A stretch of DNA of 64,000 nucleotides from assembly GCA_009914755.4 (NCBI GenBank), contig CP086569.2, positions 16,512,001-16,576,000 of the forward strand. Direction: 5' to 3'. The notes under the pieces were generated by a model. The model made no database searches, was not told the DNA's origin, and saw only the letters and a program-made list of their open reading frames with translations. Below are positions 43,273 to 57,286 of the stretch, piece by piece. The translations under genes were made by a program, and so were the position numbers. Source of the stretch: the human T2T-CHM13v2.0 reference genome, Homo sapiens. The stretch's first letter is position 1. Each line of letters starts with the position of its first letter.

Positions 43273-45663
43273 CCTGTCTACACTTGTTTTTCCTAATTGA
43301 AATTAATTGGAGTCAATGTATATCAAACAGTTCAACTTATTCATCTAATTTAAATAAAGTCATTCAGTTATTTTTCCTCCTAATGAGCCTGGCTTTTTTT
43401 TCTTCTTCTTATCAATCTGCCCTTTGATAGGCCTTTCTATCACAATGAATTTTTCATATCCCAGGCTCTCAACAGCCTCATAAGTCAGGTGAGATTCAGG
43501 ATCTGCCTGATAATGGGGAAATAGTTGGTCAGTTCAGTCACATTGTGAAAGCAGTTAAGGCAGGGAGGAGTCAAATTCTTCAAACTTAGTGGCAGCAAAT
43601 ATTTGTTCCACACAGTAATTATTTTATAGATGCTGAAAAAATATGCCTGAAATAAAGATAACTGTTAGATTGGAATTTTTTGACCTTGTCATTCTGTATT
43701 CACAACTGTGGACAACTAAATAGTCTCAGAATATTTTGAGAGCTTTTTCCACATAAGTGACTTATTCATAGGGAAGGCTGTATTACCATCTCTTTACAAA
43801 ATCTGTAATTGACAATGACCTTGGAATTAGTAGGTATGATTACTACATGAGGTGTTTAGAGCAATGTCCTGTATTTTCTAAAAACTACATGTTATGAGTA
43901 TCATTTGGGATAACCTCCATGGTCATCTAGAGATGTAACATCCAGAGTTTGGAATGCATCACATGACAGGATCAGATTCTTCTTCTACAATGTTGTGTGC
44001 TCATATAAATCAGTTCTTCATAGTGCCAAAATTTCCAAAGGTTGATTGCCAAGGAAACTAAGAAACAAGTTGTGTGCTGAGGGGGCCATCTTGAAACCAA
44101 CATATTCTTCCCTCATTAGCACTCATGTAGATTAATTTAAAAATACAATCCTCATGTTGGTAATTCTATCTGAATGTCATTTGTTATTAATGTTATTATT
44201 GAGTAAATCATGCAGATTTAAACATGGTAATTAAAATTTTTCACATATTATATGGAGAGATGCATGGCTGATGACATGGAAAGGTCATAGCTCTCACAGA
44301 TCTTCCTGGTGATGATGGACATACCAGCATAGGATGTCCCTAAGTGCCAGCTTTAAAGACTCAGCCTGGTCTCAGGAAAACTAGAATCTAATTAGATACT
44401 TTAAGTGTCTTTGAATGGAGCTGTCAGCATATACATCTTGCAGCTGTGAACATTCAGACATGTATATGGCTACAGTTAAAGAAATGAGTGCTAAACATTT
44501 GTGTAATTGTTGATATATGCATCTAGGTGAAAATCAGCTAGTGGAAAATTTACAGAAATAGTCCAAGCCGAATAGAAAACCAGGGCAGTTTTGTCAGTCA
44601 TCTGAGTAAGTGCCGTGATTCTCTTACTCTCTTTTGCTCAGGATTCAGTCTGTTGGATGAATTTATAAAAACAAACACCTACCACAAGGAAAAGAAAAAC
44701 TTGTTGCAATAGCCACAGACTTCCAGACCAGGTAATGAATACATGTCAAAATATTTCACACTGCATTTTATGTGGGTGGAAAAACAAGGAACTTGTATTA
44801 TTGTTTGTGTTGCTTCATATTACTCTATTTCCTCAGCTGATGGGGCAGACAAAAAGCTCAAGCTTCAACTTGCCAGTCAGGATAAAAATCTTCTCTGATC
44901 TTATATTTTGGGTAAATATTCAGTCAACTCAGAATTCAAACTTCATCAGGTTTGAGCCCTTCTCCACTTCATCTCAAAAGCTGCCTCCCAGCCTCATCAA
45001 AAAATGGTGTCTGGGTTCAGGAGAAACCTCTGTAAGTTTGTAGAGGTCAGAGTATGACCTGTGTATTTTCTCTCCCTTCATCTTTCTTTTCGCCCTGATG
45101 AAACACTGGCAGCTGGCAGAGCTTGGAGGCAGTTCTCCGAGTGAAAGAGATCCTTCCAATTGCTGTCATGGCGCTGCCAGTGGGACCCTCAATTTGGCTC
45201 TCCCTGGTCCTATTGCTCATGGATTCTCTCTCTTCTTTCTATTGGTCTCTTGTTTTGGGCATCCCATTTTGCAGTCCTCCAATATGGAGTAACTTCTCTC
45301 TCCATCCAAAAGAAAGGTAAGCTAAACAATATCTCCAGCTGTCTTCTAGGAAGGAACTACTGGCTCTCACATCAGATGAGTATAGGATTTACATAAGAGT
45401 CAATGACAGATGTTTAGGGTGTTCTCCTGGAATTATTTGTCAGGAGACCTTTCTTTCCCCAGGCAAGGGAAGCTACTTATTCTCTACTTGGATTCCTCTG
45501 GCTAGACTTCAGGAGTCTCCTTCTTTTTGAGGTTCTCAGCTTAAAGAACTTAACCTGCCTACATCTCAACTCTCTGGCTTTCCCTCTCCTTCTTCTTATC
45601 TTTAGTTCATCCTCCCAAAATCGAATAACCTATTATTTCATCTTTATATCTAGTGAGAACTTT

Positions 45664-45877
45664 TTTTTAAATTAGATTCTAAATTCTAGGGTACATGAGC
45701 ACAACGTGTGGGTTTGTTTCATGTGTACACATGTGCCATGTTGGTGTGTTGCACCCATTAACTTGTCATTTACATTAGGTATATCTCCTAATGCTATCCC
45801 TCCCCGCTGCCCCCACCCTATGACAGGCCCCAGTGTGTGATGTTCCCCATCCTGTGTCCAAGTGTTCTCATTGTTGG
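45664..45877 (-). mobile_element. LINE-1 3'-end fragment (about 215 bp), antisense, poly-T head
   Basis: …ttttttttaaattagattctaaattctagggtacatgagcacaacgtgtgggtttgtttcatgtgtacacatgtgccatgttggtgtgttgcacccattaacttgtcatttacattaggtatatctcctaatgctatccctcc…. Confidence 0.85.
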
Positions 45878-46399
45878 ACTTTCTTTATATGTTAATATCT
45901 GCACTTCTTTGTCTAATTGCTTACAGAAAAATGCCAGGATTATACTTGCAGGTTTTCCTCTTGGTTTATCAAGAAAAATATTATGGACTTAGAAAGTCTT
46001 TTCCTTTGCTGTCAATACTGTGCATGCAAAACTAGACCATCTCTGAAGATTGAGACAGATCCACTTTGCAAGCCCAAAATGGAGTAATGAGATCTTCATT
46101 CTAGGCATGGGTGATTTTTTCTGAAGGAATTAGTTATCCTGGCTCAGTGGATGCAATGGGCAGAGTGTCATGAACTAGCGAGAAGAAAATGTATTTTCGT
46201 TTACTGTTTCAAATCCACTATAAGCTTTATATTTTAATATGCGTGTATTTTCTATTGAATCCCTGATTTCTCATTTACTGCTAGTTATTAAAGTAAGCTA
46301 GTTTATATATTTATAATTAGGAACAGTAGCGATTATAAATTGTAATACCATAAAGGATAGCATGATTTGAGAGCATAAACTGTAAAGATCAGAAGTTGC

Positions 46400-46725
46400 A
46401 GACCAGGGGCAGTTGTTTGTGCCTGTAATCCCAGAACTTTGGGAGGCTGAGGTGGGTGTATCACTTGAGCTCAGGAGTTCAGGACCAGTGTGGGCAACAT
46501 GGTGAGACCTCATCTCCTCCAAAAAGTACAAAAATTAGTCAGGCATAGTGGTACACACCTGTAGTCCCAGTTACTGGGGATGCTGAGGCAGGAGGATAAT
46601 TTTAGCTTAGAAGCCACAGGTGGCAGTAAGCCATGATCACACCACTGCACTCCAGTCCAGTCTGGGCGACAGCATGAGACTCTGTCTCAAACAAATTAAT
46701 TAATTAATTAATTAATTAATTAATA
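46400..46725 (+). mobile_element. Alu element with (TTAA)n/(AATT)n microsatellite tail (46697-46725) and 12 bp TSD atcagaagttgc (46388-46399 and 46726-46737)
   Basis: …GACCAGGGGCAGTTGTTTGTGCCTGTAATCCCAGAACTTTGGGAGGCTGAGGTGGGTGTATCACTTGAGCTCAGGAGTTCAGGACCAGTGTGGGCAACATGGTGAGACC…; identical 12-mer on both flanks. Confidence 0.9.
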
Positions 46726-47329
46726 ATCAGAAGTTGCCGATTTCTTCCTTGAAGACAATGGGTAGAATCTCTTTACAGCTTATGTTGGGCTCAAGTCCTC
46801 ATCCCCAAATTCCAGTCTTTATCTAGGCCCTTCCAGCCATTTGCTCTTGGAGACATGTTGTTATTGAGCCAGTCCAGGGTTTGTCAACCTAGGAGAGAAA
46901 TGAAATATACTCCACCAACAATCACCCATCAAGTCTTGGTAGGAAAGAGAAGAGCAGTGTGGGTCTGTTAACTCTGGAGATCCTAGTTTGTTTCTACATT
47001 GGGCCTCATTCTCCACTCTGCTGTGATCCTGGTGTTGCCTTGACCCTCACTTTGCATCCTAGTCCCTGCATTTCTGTTGGGCTAGAATGTTCCTACTCCA
47101 GTTCTCTGCACTTTTAGCAGGGTAGGTACTAGGAGGTGGGTTATCAGTAATTGTGGGGGGAAAATAGATGGTGTAACATCACACACTCACATGCTCAACT
47201 CCCTCTGGCACTGCCATTGTGCCACAAGACATGTATCTATTGACCCACCCACATAGGCTTAGGAAGGGCTTCTGCTCCCCAAAAGAGCATAAAAGAGCAA
47301 AGGTAGCATAAAAGAGACTGAGCTTTGGA

Positions 47330-47525
47330 ATCTTTGGTTCAGATTCCTAGCTGGTCATACACAAGCTGTGTGACCCTGGAAAAATTACTCCATCTGTCAA
47401 AATTTCACCTTCCTCATCTACAAAATCTGAATAATTTTCACCTGCCTACATGACAGAATTCATAGGAGTAAATATTGCATGACAAAGTGCCTAGGACATA
47501 GTACACTCTCAGTAAATGCTTATTT
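47330..47525 (+). mobile_element. MIR (mammalian-wide interspersed repeat, SINE)
   Basis: …agctgtgtgaccctggaaaaattactccatctgtcaaaatttcaccttcctcatctacaaaatctgaataattttcacctgcctacatgacagaattcataggagtaaatattgcatgacaaagtgcctaggacatagtacactctcagtaaatgcttatttttt matches the MIR consensus (GCTGTGTGACCTTGGGCAAGTCACTTAACCTCTCTGAGCCTCAGTTTCCTCATCTGTAAAATGGGGATAATAATA…AGCACAGTGCCTGGCACATAGTAAGCGCTCAATAAATGTTAGCTATTATTAT). Confidence 0.75.
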
Positions 47526-50249
47526 TTTTCCTTTTTATCTGGAAGCTTACCTGCAAAAAACTATTCTCAGCTGCCCCTTTACCCCTGACCTCAGCTGCAT
47601 GTTGAGATTCAAAGTGTCTTTCTATGGTACAGATGCTGAAATCCAGAGGCTGACATGCAAATTGGGCTGAATGATATTTGTATTTTTTTCCATGTTTATT
47701 TCAATTTCAGTCTCCTTAATGTTCACGGTTTTCAAGGTCAGTGGAAAATCATATTGATTCGTATGACTCTGGATGATTACAGTGTTGACTTCATCACTTG
47801 TAGCTGCTTAATGGCTGCAGAATTAACAAAGGAGAAAATAATGTGAACATGGCCAAGGAACAGTGATTAGTGTATGATTGAAAACTTTGATATGTTTGGG
47901 GAAAAATCCATCTACTATTTTGTCCTTTAATGCCAGGCAGTTTTGCTCATATGCTTGAGTACAGTGCAATTTCTACCAGTAGAATTTGCTTTTTATTCAG
48001 ATGGAAAAAATACATGTGTCATAGTAGGATCTGGGAGTTGGAATTTAAAACGTATAATCTAATGAGTGGGTAAAGAGGTAAAGACAAAGACCCAAAGAGA
48101 AATGCTTGAGGGTGAATGGAGAGGAGAAAAGGGCAGGAGGAGATGGGGGCCAGGGTGAGGGAGAGAGAGAGAAAGGAAGAGAGCTTAAAAAAGTATTTTT
48201 ATCTGGTATTGCTTACTGGGAACCAAACTGATTCAACTACTGTGTACCCAGCCTTAATCTTAAGCTTTTGCCTTAATCCAATCCACTGAGACAAAATCAC
48301 TGATTAGCTTTGAAATATATTTTCTAATTGTATTTCTTCATTGTTTTGCAAACATCTAGGTGTCCTAGCTTCAATGAGAAGCCAAGAATATCTGCCATCA
48401 CAGCCAAACACTCTTTGTTGTGAATTCCAGTCCTTCTGATATTGTGAGCCTTTCAGATGTTGGGAAAGAGCTTGTTTTGCAACATACTCTGTTGAAATGT
48501 TATACACAGCTCATGAAAAATATGCCATTTGATAGACTTCATAAATTCATCTGCTATAATAGCCTCTATGATAAAGGTCAACCATGGAGTATGAGGGCAG
48601 TTCCTAATCCCCTCCATTTTCACTCATTTTAATCCTCTCAGAATTAATCCCTAAACTTTGCTGTACTTATGTGAGGAAACACTATGTGCTGCTGAAGCAG
48701 AAAGGTTAGAGCTAGAGGAGATTTTTATTATAAAATAAGGCCCAAGAGAAAAGCAATCTTAGTTGAGCTGGATTTTTCTTAAGATAACTTCTTAGTGAGT
48801 GATAGGAAGTAAGGGAGCTACCTGGAGTATCCCAGCTGGGGGCTTCATCTCCCTGGATAGTAATTCAGAGATAAAAAACTATAGGTCTATTCTGAAGCTA
48901 ATAATTCTTTCTTATGGTACCTTCCATGCCCTTTTCCTAATCTCTCTATAATCTCCTCAATTTTGGATAATCCCAAGCGTATTCATCAAGTTTTCAAGAA
49001 AAATTACTTAAAAAAAGATTTCTTCTTTATTGTAGGCTCACACTTTATGTCACACACATAGGAATCTACATTTTCTATCCATCAAAGTGAGCTGGGTGGT
49101 AGAGAGGAATGGAGGGAAAAAGTACACCTGGTTGTGCTAATCAATTTCAAGCACTTTCCTGTTTTTGCTTTTTGTTTTCCCATGGTGGGAATCCAGAAGC
49201 CTTTCTAAAATGATATGAGAAGGCATGATACTGGGAAAATTCCTCAAACATCAGTGTGAGAGTGTTGACTAAGCCCAGGAAGACAGATATTACCTGTTAT
49301 GGATAGGGGTTCTATGTTTTGCTAATAAGAAATCAGGAGGAAAGATGAAAAAGAAGAAGTGAGGAGGAAAGACAATGCCATAGGAATTGAAGAATAGATG
49401 AAGACATTCTTTTTCCTGTATTTTATATTTCTCACATGTAATTTCATTGCACTTAATTCTTCTATTATCTTGAGCATACACAAAGTCTGTGATATCTATT
49501 GGAATTATCTATGAAAAGTTTATCTTCTAATTTGAGGTAAAATTTGTTTTCTCAGTCAAAAATAAAGGCAATTTTCTTTCAGTCTCTTTCACAAGTGTCC
49601 GGAACAAATCAATATGTTCAACAAATACAATAAATTGCCACAAGCCAATTGGGAATATGTTTGCTCACATTTTCCCAAAGGCAGATGTTCAAAACTAAGC
49701 ACAATTCTCCATGGAATTTCCACTTGGTAAGAGCTTGACAAATGAAATAAATCCACGTGCTGATAAGAGAAATAAAATGTTTCTTATAGGGAAGCTGTAT
49801 ACACATATGTGTGTATACATATATAAATCCACAAATTTTAACTAAGGTAGTATATTGGCATTGCTTTGCTGTTATTCTAGAGTATTGCAAAATGCAGTGG
49901 ATTCCCCACATGGCATGTAGCTTACATATTGTTGGGAAAACACACAGGGAGGGCTCTAAAAATTCTTCCTCTAACCTGTTATGACAATAATAATGATGAT
50001 GTCTAACATTCCTTAAGCACTTGTGATGAGCTTGTATTTAGTAATTAACAGACTCTATAATATTTTCTTATTGATAGAAGCAGTTGTCTTTCTCATTTTT
50101 CAAATTAGGATGTTCATAGGACTAATTTCTTTCAAATGATAATTCTAGACAGAGGACTCCAACTTAAGCCAAGAAGACTTTAAGCTAGTAACTAATTTCT
50201 ATTAGGATATTAGGTAATTAATTCACTAATTCACTCATTCAGTGATGCA

Positions 50250-50345
50250 TCCATTTCTTTAGGTATCTAGAACAGTGTCTGGCACAGAATGGTCACTCAA
50301 TAAATATTTGTTGCATGAGTGAATGAATGAATGATTGAATGAGTA
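50250..50345 (+). mobile_element. MIR-like 3'-end fragment
   Basis: …gtatctagaacagtgtctggcacagaatggtcactcaataaatatttgttgcatgagtgaatgaatgaatgattgaatgag. Confidence 0.5.
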
Positions 50346-52138
50346 ACTCTCATGTGTAATCAGCTAGGCTTACAGAGATTGGAAAGAAAAGTTGACCCAA
50401 ATAGGACTGATATCCTCAACTTGCAACTAAATGACAGCAATTGAAGGCAGTTATAGCATATTAAAAGGGAATTCTGGCGAAAAATATAACTTAAGGTGTG
50501 ATAAAAAAAGGTTAGTGGAAGAGAGAGGATTTGACCCTCAGTATAGAAATCAAGAAGCCAGGAATCACAAAAGGGAATGAGAACAAAGGAAGAAAAAAAA
50601 TTTGTAAATTCACAATAGGAAGAATTGCAAATAGAAGGCCAGGCCATGGCAAGTGGAAATTGATTGTGTTATCTAAGTGCAGAAAATAGTCCCTCAAAAT
50701 ATATTAGATGAAAACTTTGGAAATTCCCATTAACCCAAGTGTGGTGGGTAGAATAACTCCTCTACCCACCCTAAAGATGTCCATGTTTTAATACTTAAAA
50801 TCTTTGAATATGTTACTTTATGTGACCAAAGGGACTGTGACTCTGCAGATGTGGTGAAGTCAAGGAACTTGAGAGGTAAAGATTATCTTGAATTATTCAG
50901 GTGGGCTTAATATAGTCACAAGCGTTTCTATAATTGAAAGAGGAAGCTTTAGCCTCTTGGAACCCATTTCAGTCTTATGACTGCAAGAACAGTAAGCAGT
51001 GCATGTATGTGTTGTTTTAAGCCCAAGTTTATGATAATTTATTACAGCAGCAAGAGGAAACTGATACAATGAGCTAATCTAGAAAGGAAAGCATTGTCTT
51101 CTCAATTTCTTTTTTTTTCTTTTCTGAGTAACTTCACTCAGCGTAATAAACACCCTTGGTAGCTCAAGAACATTAAAAGCTGTGTACTGGTTCACATGGA
51201 CATACCTGAGAAACCTAGCAAAGTGGTGTTTAAGGTATTTAAAATGTTGAAGGTAGCCTCACCCTTTGAATTCAACCTTCACTTGACCTGTGCTACAGCA
51301 TCCAAATAAAATGATTCAAATGCTTTTCCCACCCTAAGAGCAAAATCATCAGCTCACATGTTTGAAGGAAGATCCACCACTTGTCATCTTTATTCTGGGG
51401 AAATACAAATGTGCACACTATTTTTTTTCCAGAAGTTTGGCTATCAGCAAAGCCTCTCAACGAGTTTTCTAAACATATGGAAGGAAACAGTCTGGAATGC
51501 ACCACTTCTTTACATTGAGTCTGTAAACCTTTGCATTGCCAAACTTTCCCTTCCTCTTTTCACAGAGAAACTGATGAATTTTATCCACAGAAACATAATA
51601 GACATTACCTCACAAGACAGCGTGTATTTTCCTTTTTTAAATAAGCTACTTTTGATCACAGCGTGTATTTTCTTATCTTTCTGCAGCATCCGTGATGAAC
51701 AATGACTGTTAGATCATTATCAGTAATTATGACATTTTCTGAGTTGTATAAAAACTCACTACCAAATGGATAACCTTCAAGGATTCTCCAGAAAACATGC
51801 GTTATATACTGGAGGTTTTCTCTTGTTCTTTTTGCTTTTTAAAAGTGAAACATACACAGTTTGATTTTTTGGTGGCTTGACTATGGAAACATCACAGGTT
51901 CTTTAGATTTCTGTGAAATGAGGGACATCCAACTGTGTTTCAAACTTAATGAAAAGCTGTCAGGGTTTCTTTCCCCTAATTTCAACCCTGTGTGAACTTG
52001 CATATACAAAAAGGTGTATCAGAGTCTATTACTGATTTCAAACTAGGACTTCTGATAGAATAGAAATAGGCGTATCATGACTGAGTTCAACCTTCTTGAT
52101 CATGGGGCATAAATCAAACCCTAAAATCCAGACAATCT

Positions 52139-52434
52139 TATTTTTTTTATTTTTATTTTTTTGAGACCGAGTCTCGTTCTGGCTCTGTCGTCCAGGCTGG
52201 AGTGCAGTGGCGCGATCTCAGCTCACTGCAAGATCCTCCTCCTTCCTGCCTCAGCCTCCTGAGCAGCTGGGATTACAGGCGGATGCAACAAATCCCGGCT
52301 AATTTGTTGTATTTTCAGTAGAGACAGGGTTTCACCATGTTAGCCAGGATGGTCTGGATCCCCTGACCTCGTGGTCCGCCCTCCTCAGCCTCCCAAAGTG
52401 CTGGGATTACAGGCGTGAGCAACCGCGTCCGGCC
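52139..52434 (-). mobile_element. Alu element, antisense, relatively young (AluS/Y-like; many CpGs retained); probable TSD gacaRtctta (52129-52138 and 52439-52448)
   Basis: TTTTTTTTATTTTTATTTTTTTGAGACCGAGTCTCGTTCTGGCTCTGTCGTCCAGGCTGGAGTGCAGTGGCGCGATCTCAGCTCACTGCAAG…GGATTACAGGCGTGAGCAACCGCGTCCGGCC. Confidence 0.9.
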
Positions 52435-52642
52435 CTGACAGTCTTATCTTTAATTAACTTTACAACCCAAAAGAGATGAGTTAGTTTTGATCTAACAGAA
52501 TTCCTATTTTCCAAGCCCACAAAGAAATTTTGTCCAGACCTATGTGAGTTTTAATACGTGCTAAAATTTATATTATTTCACTTTTCATAATTGTCCACAA
52601 AGACAATCAAGGTAGGATACAGGTGACTGTTTCAAATACAGT

Positions 52643-53006
<364 letters not shown>

Positions 53007-53092
53007 TTATTTGCTCACTTGTTCAACCAATATGATTTAGAATTAAAGACTTAAAGACCTCAAACCTGAACTTTCTTCTTTTTCCTTTTTTT

Positions 53093-53345
53093 AAAGTGAC
53101 AGGTCCCACTCTGTCACTCAGGGTGGAGTGCAGTGGCATGATCACAGGTCACAGCAGCTTCAAACTTCTGGGCTCAAGCAATCCTCTGCAAGCAGGTGCA
53201 GAGCACCATGCTCAGCTAATTTTTTTTTAAGAGATCAAATTTTACCATGTTGCCAAGGCAGGTCCCAAACTTTTGGGCCAAGCAGTCCTCCCACCTGGCC
53301 TTCCAAAGTACTAGATTTACAAATGTGGGCTCCTGAAACCAGCCA
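53093..53345 (-). mobile_element. Old, degraded Alu (AluJ-like), antisense
   Basis: …TCCCACTCTGTCACTCAGGGTGGAGTGCAGTGGCATGATCACAGGTCACAGCAGCTTCAAACTTCTGGGCTCAAGCAATCCTCTGCAAGCAGGTGC…. Confidence 0.75.
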
Positions 53346-56300
53346 CAAACCTGAAGTTTCCAAGAAAACATTACTAAAAGTCATGTATTTTTTGGTTAAA
53401 TAACGACAAAAGAAAGACTAAGTAGGACAACATAGAATAATATCAAGTGCAACTCAGAGATCCAATGTGAAGGGAAAGGCATTAAGAAGAGATGCTTTTC
53501 ATGGTCTATTAAATGCCTACTAGGGCCCTAGATCATTGGTAGGAGTTCCATGGAAACGACAAGTGAGAAGTCAGAATTGGGGTCGGGGTATTTATGTTGG
53601 ATAATATCCTAGTATGAGGGGTAAGAACTTACAGGCAAGAAAGTGTCCAGGAAGTAAATGGAATAAAATATTCAGTTCTAGAAAAACCCAGTGGAAAATA
53701 AAGTGTTGGGTTGATATATTTTACAGTAGCACGATGAAGTCTGAGCTAATCTGTTATAAGGGAGAGCTAGAAAGGCAAAGTTGTTTTGGGCAAAACAGTT
53801 CAGAGAACAGGAGTCAGCTGAGTTTGACAAATCACATGACATTTTAAGATGAGAGAGAATAACAGTGAAATATGGTTTTTAATCTTATATGCAACCATCT
53901 TTGAAAATATGATGTGATTGTTCTTGCTTTTTATTTTTATTATCCAGTCCCATGATGTGCAGTCTTTCTCTCAATGTTTTGCTTTGTGATTTTAAGAGGG
54001 AAGTGTTTCCATGAGAAACGATAAGCGTCCAATGGACGTGCTAACATCACAGATGATTTTTGTTTGGCTGTAGGTAACAAGGCTCCCACAGTGGGAAAAC
54101 CAGGGTTAAAATGAAGAATAAATTTATTGCTGGAGAAAAAAAAAGTGCACATCCTGCACATTTATCCCAGAACTCAAAGTATAACAATGTCCAGAATGTG
54201 CTGGAGGAGGGAGCGTGTCCTCTTTGGGCAGAGTCTGTGAGATATTTTGATAGGGTGCCTCATGAATTCACCAGGCTAGATCTTGGCTGAAGTTGTGTGC
54301 CTAGCAGTAGAGAGGAAACTTTAACACCGTATATTGCTTGCTCTAATCCTCTCATCATAGGAGGAGGGAGAACCAGCTGAAGGAACCTGTCCCCTTCACC
54401 TGTCTACTGGCAAAGTTGAGCAATGGCTATGATCATGAGCTAGAAAAGAGCATAGGTTGATCTTTTTGAAGTGGTTATATAAAGTTTTTGTTGGTCTTTC
54501 ACTATGCATCCTGAAATACCCCCTACTCCCACCACACTCCCAGTGATATGAATGACTACTTCCTATTCCAAGTAGCAATACATATTCTGATTTCTGACTC
54601 AGGCTGTCTAAACTTCCATATGAGATCTTTCCTTTGCTGTCCTTGCAATGTTGGGAGGTTCCTGAACTATTCTTTAGGATTATTTGTTCTCATCTCTGAA
54701 ACAGGGTGGATGGAATGATACCTCTCTCATTGACTCGTTGGGAGAATCAGAATGAAATGGTATGTGAGGAACGATTTGCACAGTGTCTGGTGTTAACAAC
54801 AAGCACTAACCTGTGCTGGTCATGATGGTTATGACACATCCATGAATTCTAATACTTTGAGCCCTGCTGATGGTGAGGGATAATCTAGGAACTCCTGGAA
54901 GGACTATACATTGTTCTGTAATACAGGTGTAGAGGTCTCCTTATGACCTTCAATCATTCACTTGCTTCTCTAGAGCTTCCATTGAGTTTTCTCCTTCCCC
55001 CTTCTTCTTGCTTTGTGCCATGGGGGGATGACAAATGTGGGCTATGTCTGTGGATCCTGTGTCTCTGGCTTCAGCATGGTTTGGGCAATGATAAGCCATG
55101 TTGTTATAGGAACAACAGATTTATAAACCCACTACACAGTAATGCACCAATGCACAAAAGCAACAGTGTTTGCAGCAGAGAAAGATTTTAATAATCACAG
55201 GGTGCTGAGTGAAGAGATGGGAGGGACATTCAGATCCATCTCCTTGGAGATGGATCTTGGCTGAAGCTTTTAAGGGGATCGTGGAAGGCAAGGGGCTAGA
55301 ACATTGGGGTCATTCATTGGTCAGTGTAAGGGAGATGAAATCATCAGGGTGTGCCAATGGCATTCTTTGGTGAGTCAACTCCTTGCAGGGTCCTTTAGAC
55401 CAACTGGCATCAGTCATTTTATTATTGTTTGGTATGCAGGATGTGAAAGAATATCTCAAAGGAGAACTTCACTTTTCACAATGCTTAAGTTGTTGTTTAT
55501 AAAGCAGTTATGGGGAGCTATAATCTAAACTCAGACAATAGATACCAAAGCACTATGAAGAAGCCAGTCGGAGAGCTAGCTGACCTAGGGATTAATGCTA
55601 AATATACTGCAAGCTTGCTTTAGTTTGTTTCTACCTCTCCATTTTTCTATGATTATTTTTGTAAAGTTATAGGGATGGTAACACTGGTGGGAAATTCAAG
55701 GAAGGGTGGAGAATAAAGATTGGTTTCTCTTTCTCTAGTGTGGTCCCTGTGAGGACGTCTAGGGCTGAGATGACCTCAACAGAGAAGACACCTAGTTATC
55801 TTCTAAAGGCTGCTAGAGGCAAACCAAGAAAGACTTCCTGCATGGTTTATGGCCTCCCTACACATGTGTCTAATTAATAAAACAACAGCACGACTCTTTC
55901 ACAGAAAATCCTAATTTGAATATGCCCTTTGTTTCACTATAGGGCACCATTTTCCTAGCATGCCTTGTAGGCAGACACACTTCCGAGGTGATGAATTCCT
56001 GAATTATTCATAGAATGTGGATTTGTGAATGCTAGCATTTCAGGATAAAATGTACCAACCATTTGGTGCAGATAAGTGTATGAGATCTGTTGCACAGTAG
56101 GTTGACTATAGTTAATAGTAATGAGTTGTGTATTTCAAAATTGCTAAGACAGGAAATGTCAAATGGTCTTGACACAAAAAAATAAGTATTTGAGGTGATG
56201 GGTAGGTTAATACACTTGATTTAATTATTCCATATTATAAACATATATCAAAACATCACATTATACTCCATAAATATATATAATTATAACTTATCAACCA

Positions 56301-56449
56301 AAACTTTGAAAATTAAATAATTTAGTTAATTGAATAAAAGGCTTTTTAATATGAAAGCATCAGTAGATGTTGAGGTCTGGCCACAGAATCATTTTACTGA
56401 GGTGTGTTTTCAGGTTGCACATCAGGTTGATGCTCTGTAAGTACGGTAT

Positions 56450-56735
56450 TATTTTGTTTTTGTTTTTTTGAGTCTCACTGTGTTGTCCAGGCTGGAGTGC
56501 AATGGTGCAATCTCCAGTAACTGCAACCTCCAACTCCTAGGTTCAAGCAATTCTCCTGTCTCAGCCACATGAGTGGCTGGGATTACAGACATCCATCACC
56601 ATGCTTGGCTAATTTTTGAGACAGAGTTTCACCATGTTGGCCAGGTGGGTCACCAACTACTAACCTCAAGTGATCCACCTACCTTGGCCTTCTAAAGTGC
56701 TGGAATCACAGGCATGAGCCACCGCAACTGCCCAA
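56450..56735 (-). mobile_element. Alu element, antisense
   Basis: TTTTGTTTTTGTTTTTTTGAGTCTCACTGTGTTGTCCAGGCTGGAGTGCAATGGTGCAATCTCCAGTAACTGCAACCTCCAACTCCTAGGTTCAAGCAATTCTCCTG…. Confidence 0.9.
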
Positions 56736-56804
56736 GTATGGTTTTTGAACATGAACATAGTCAGCAACTCCTGACTTTATTATTTATTATTACTTTATTA
56801 TTAT

Positions 56805-57085
56805 TTGAAGAGGCATAGTCTCTCTGTCTGTCATCCACTGGAGTACAGTGGTGCAGTGATGGCTCACTGCATCCTCCACTGGTCTCAAGTGATCCTCTTA
56901 CATTTGCCTTCAAATTGGCTGGGACCACAGGTATGCACCACTACACCTGACTAATTTTTTCTATTTTCTGTATAGATGATGTCTCACTATGTTACTCAGG
57001 CTGGTTTCAAACTCCTAGCCTGAAGAAATTTTCGTTTCTGGGCCTCCTAAAGAGCTGGGATTACAGGCCACCACACCTAACCTAG
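56805..57085 (-). mobile_element. Alu element (old), antisense
   Basis: …GTCTCTCTGTCTGTCATCCACTGGAGTACAGTGGTGCAGTGATGGCTCACTGCATCCTCCACTGGTCTCAAGTGATCCTC…GCTGGGATTACAGGCCACCACACCTAACC. Confidence 0.85.
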
Positions 57086-57286
57086 CATCCCTCACTTTAA
57101 ATAAATACATATCAAATGCATAGTAAGAGTCTAGATATCATATGTATAGTCATAAGTCATTTGACTCTAAACCTTTTTTATTTGCATAGATGGTTCACAC
57201 TCAAAATTTACCATTAATTCCAATTTATGATAGTAAGTTGTATGTCTGGCCACATAAGTATAGCAAACACACTGTTTCTGTATTTA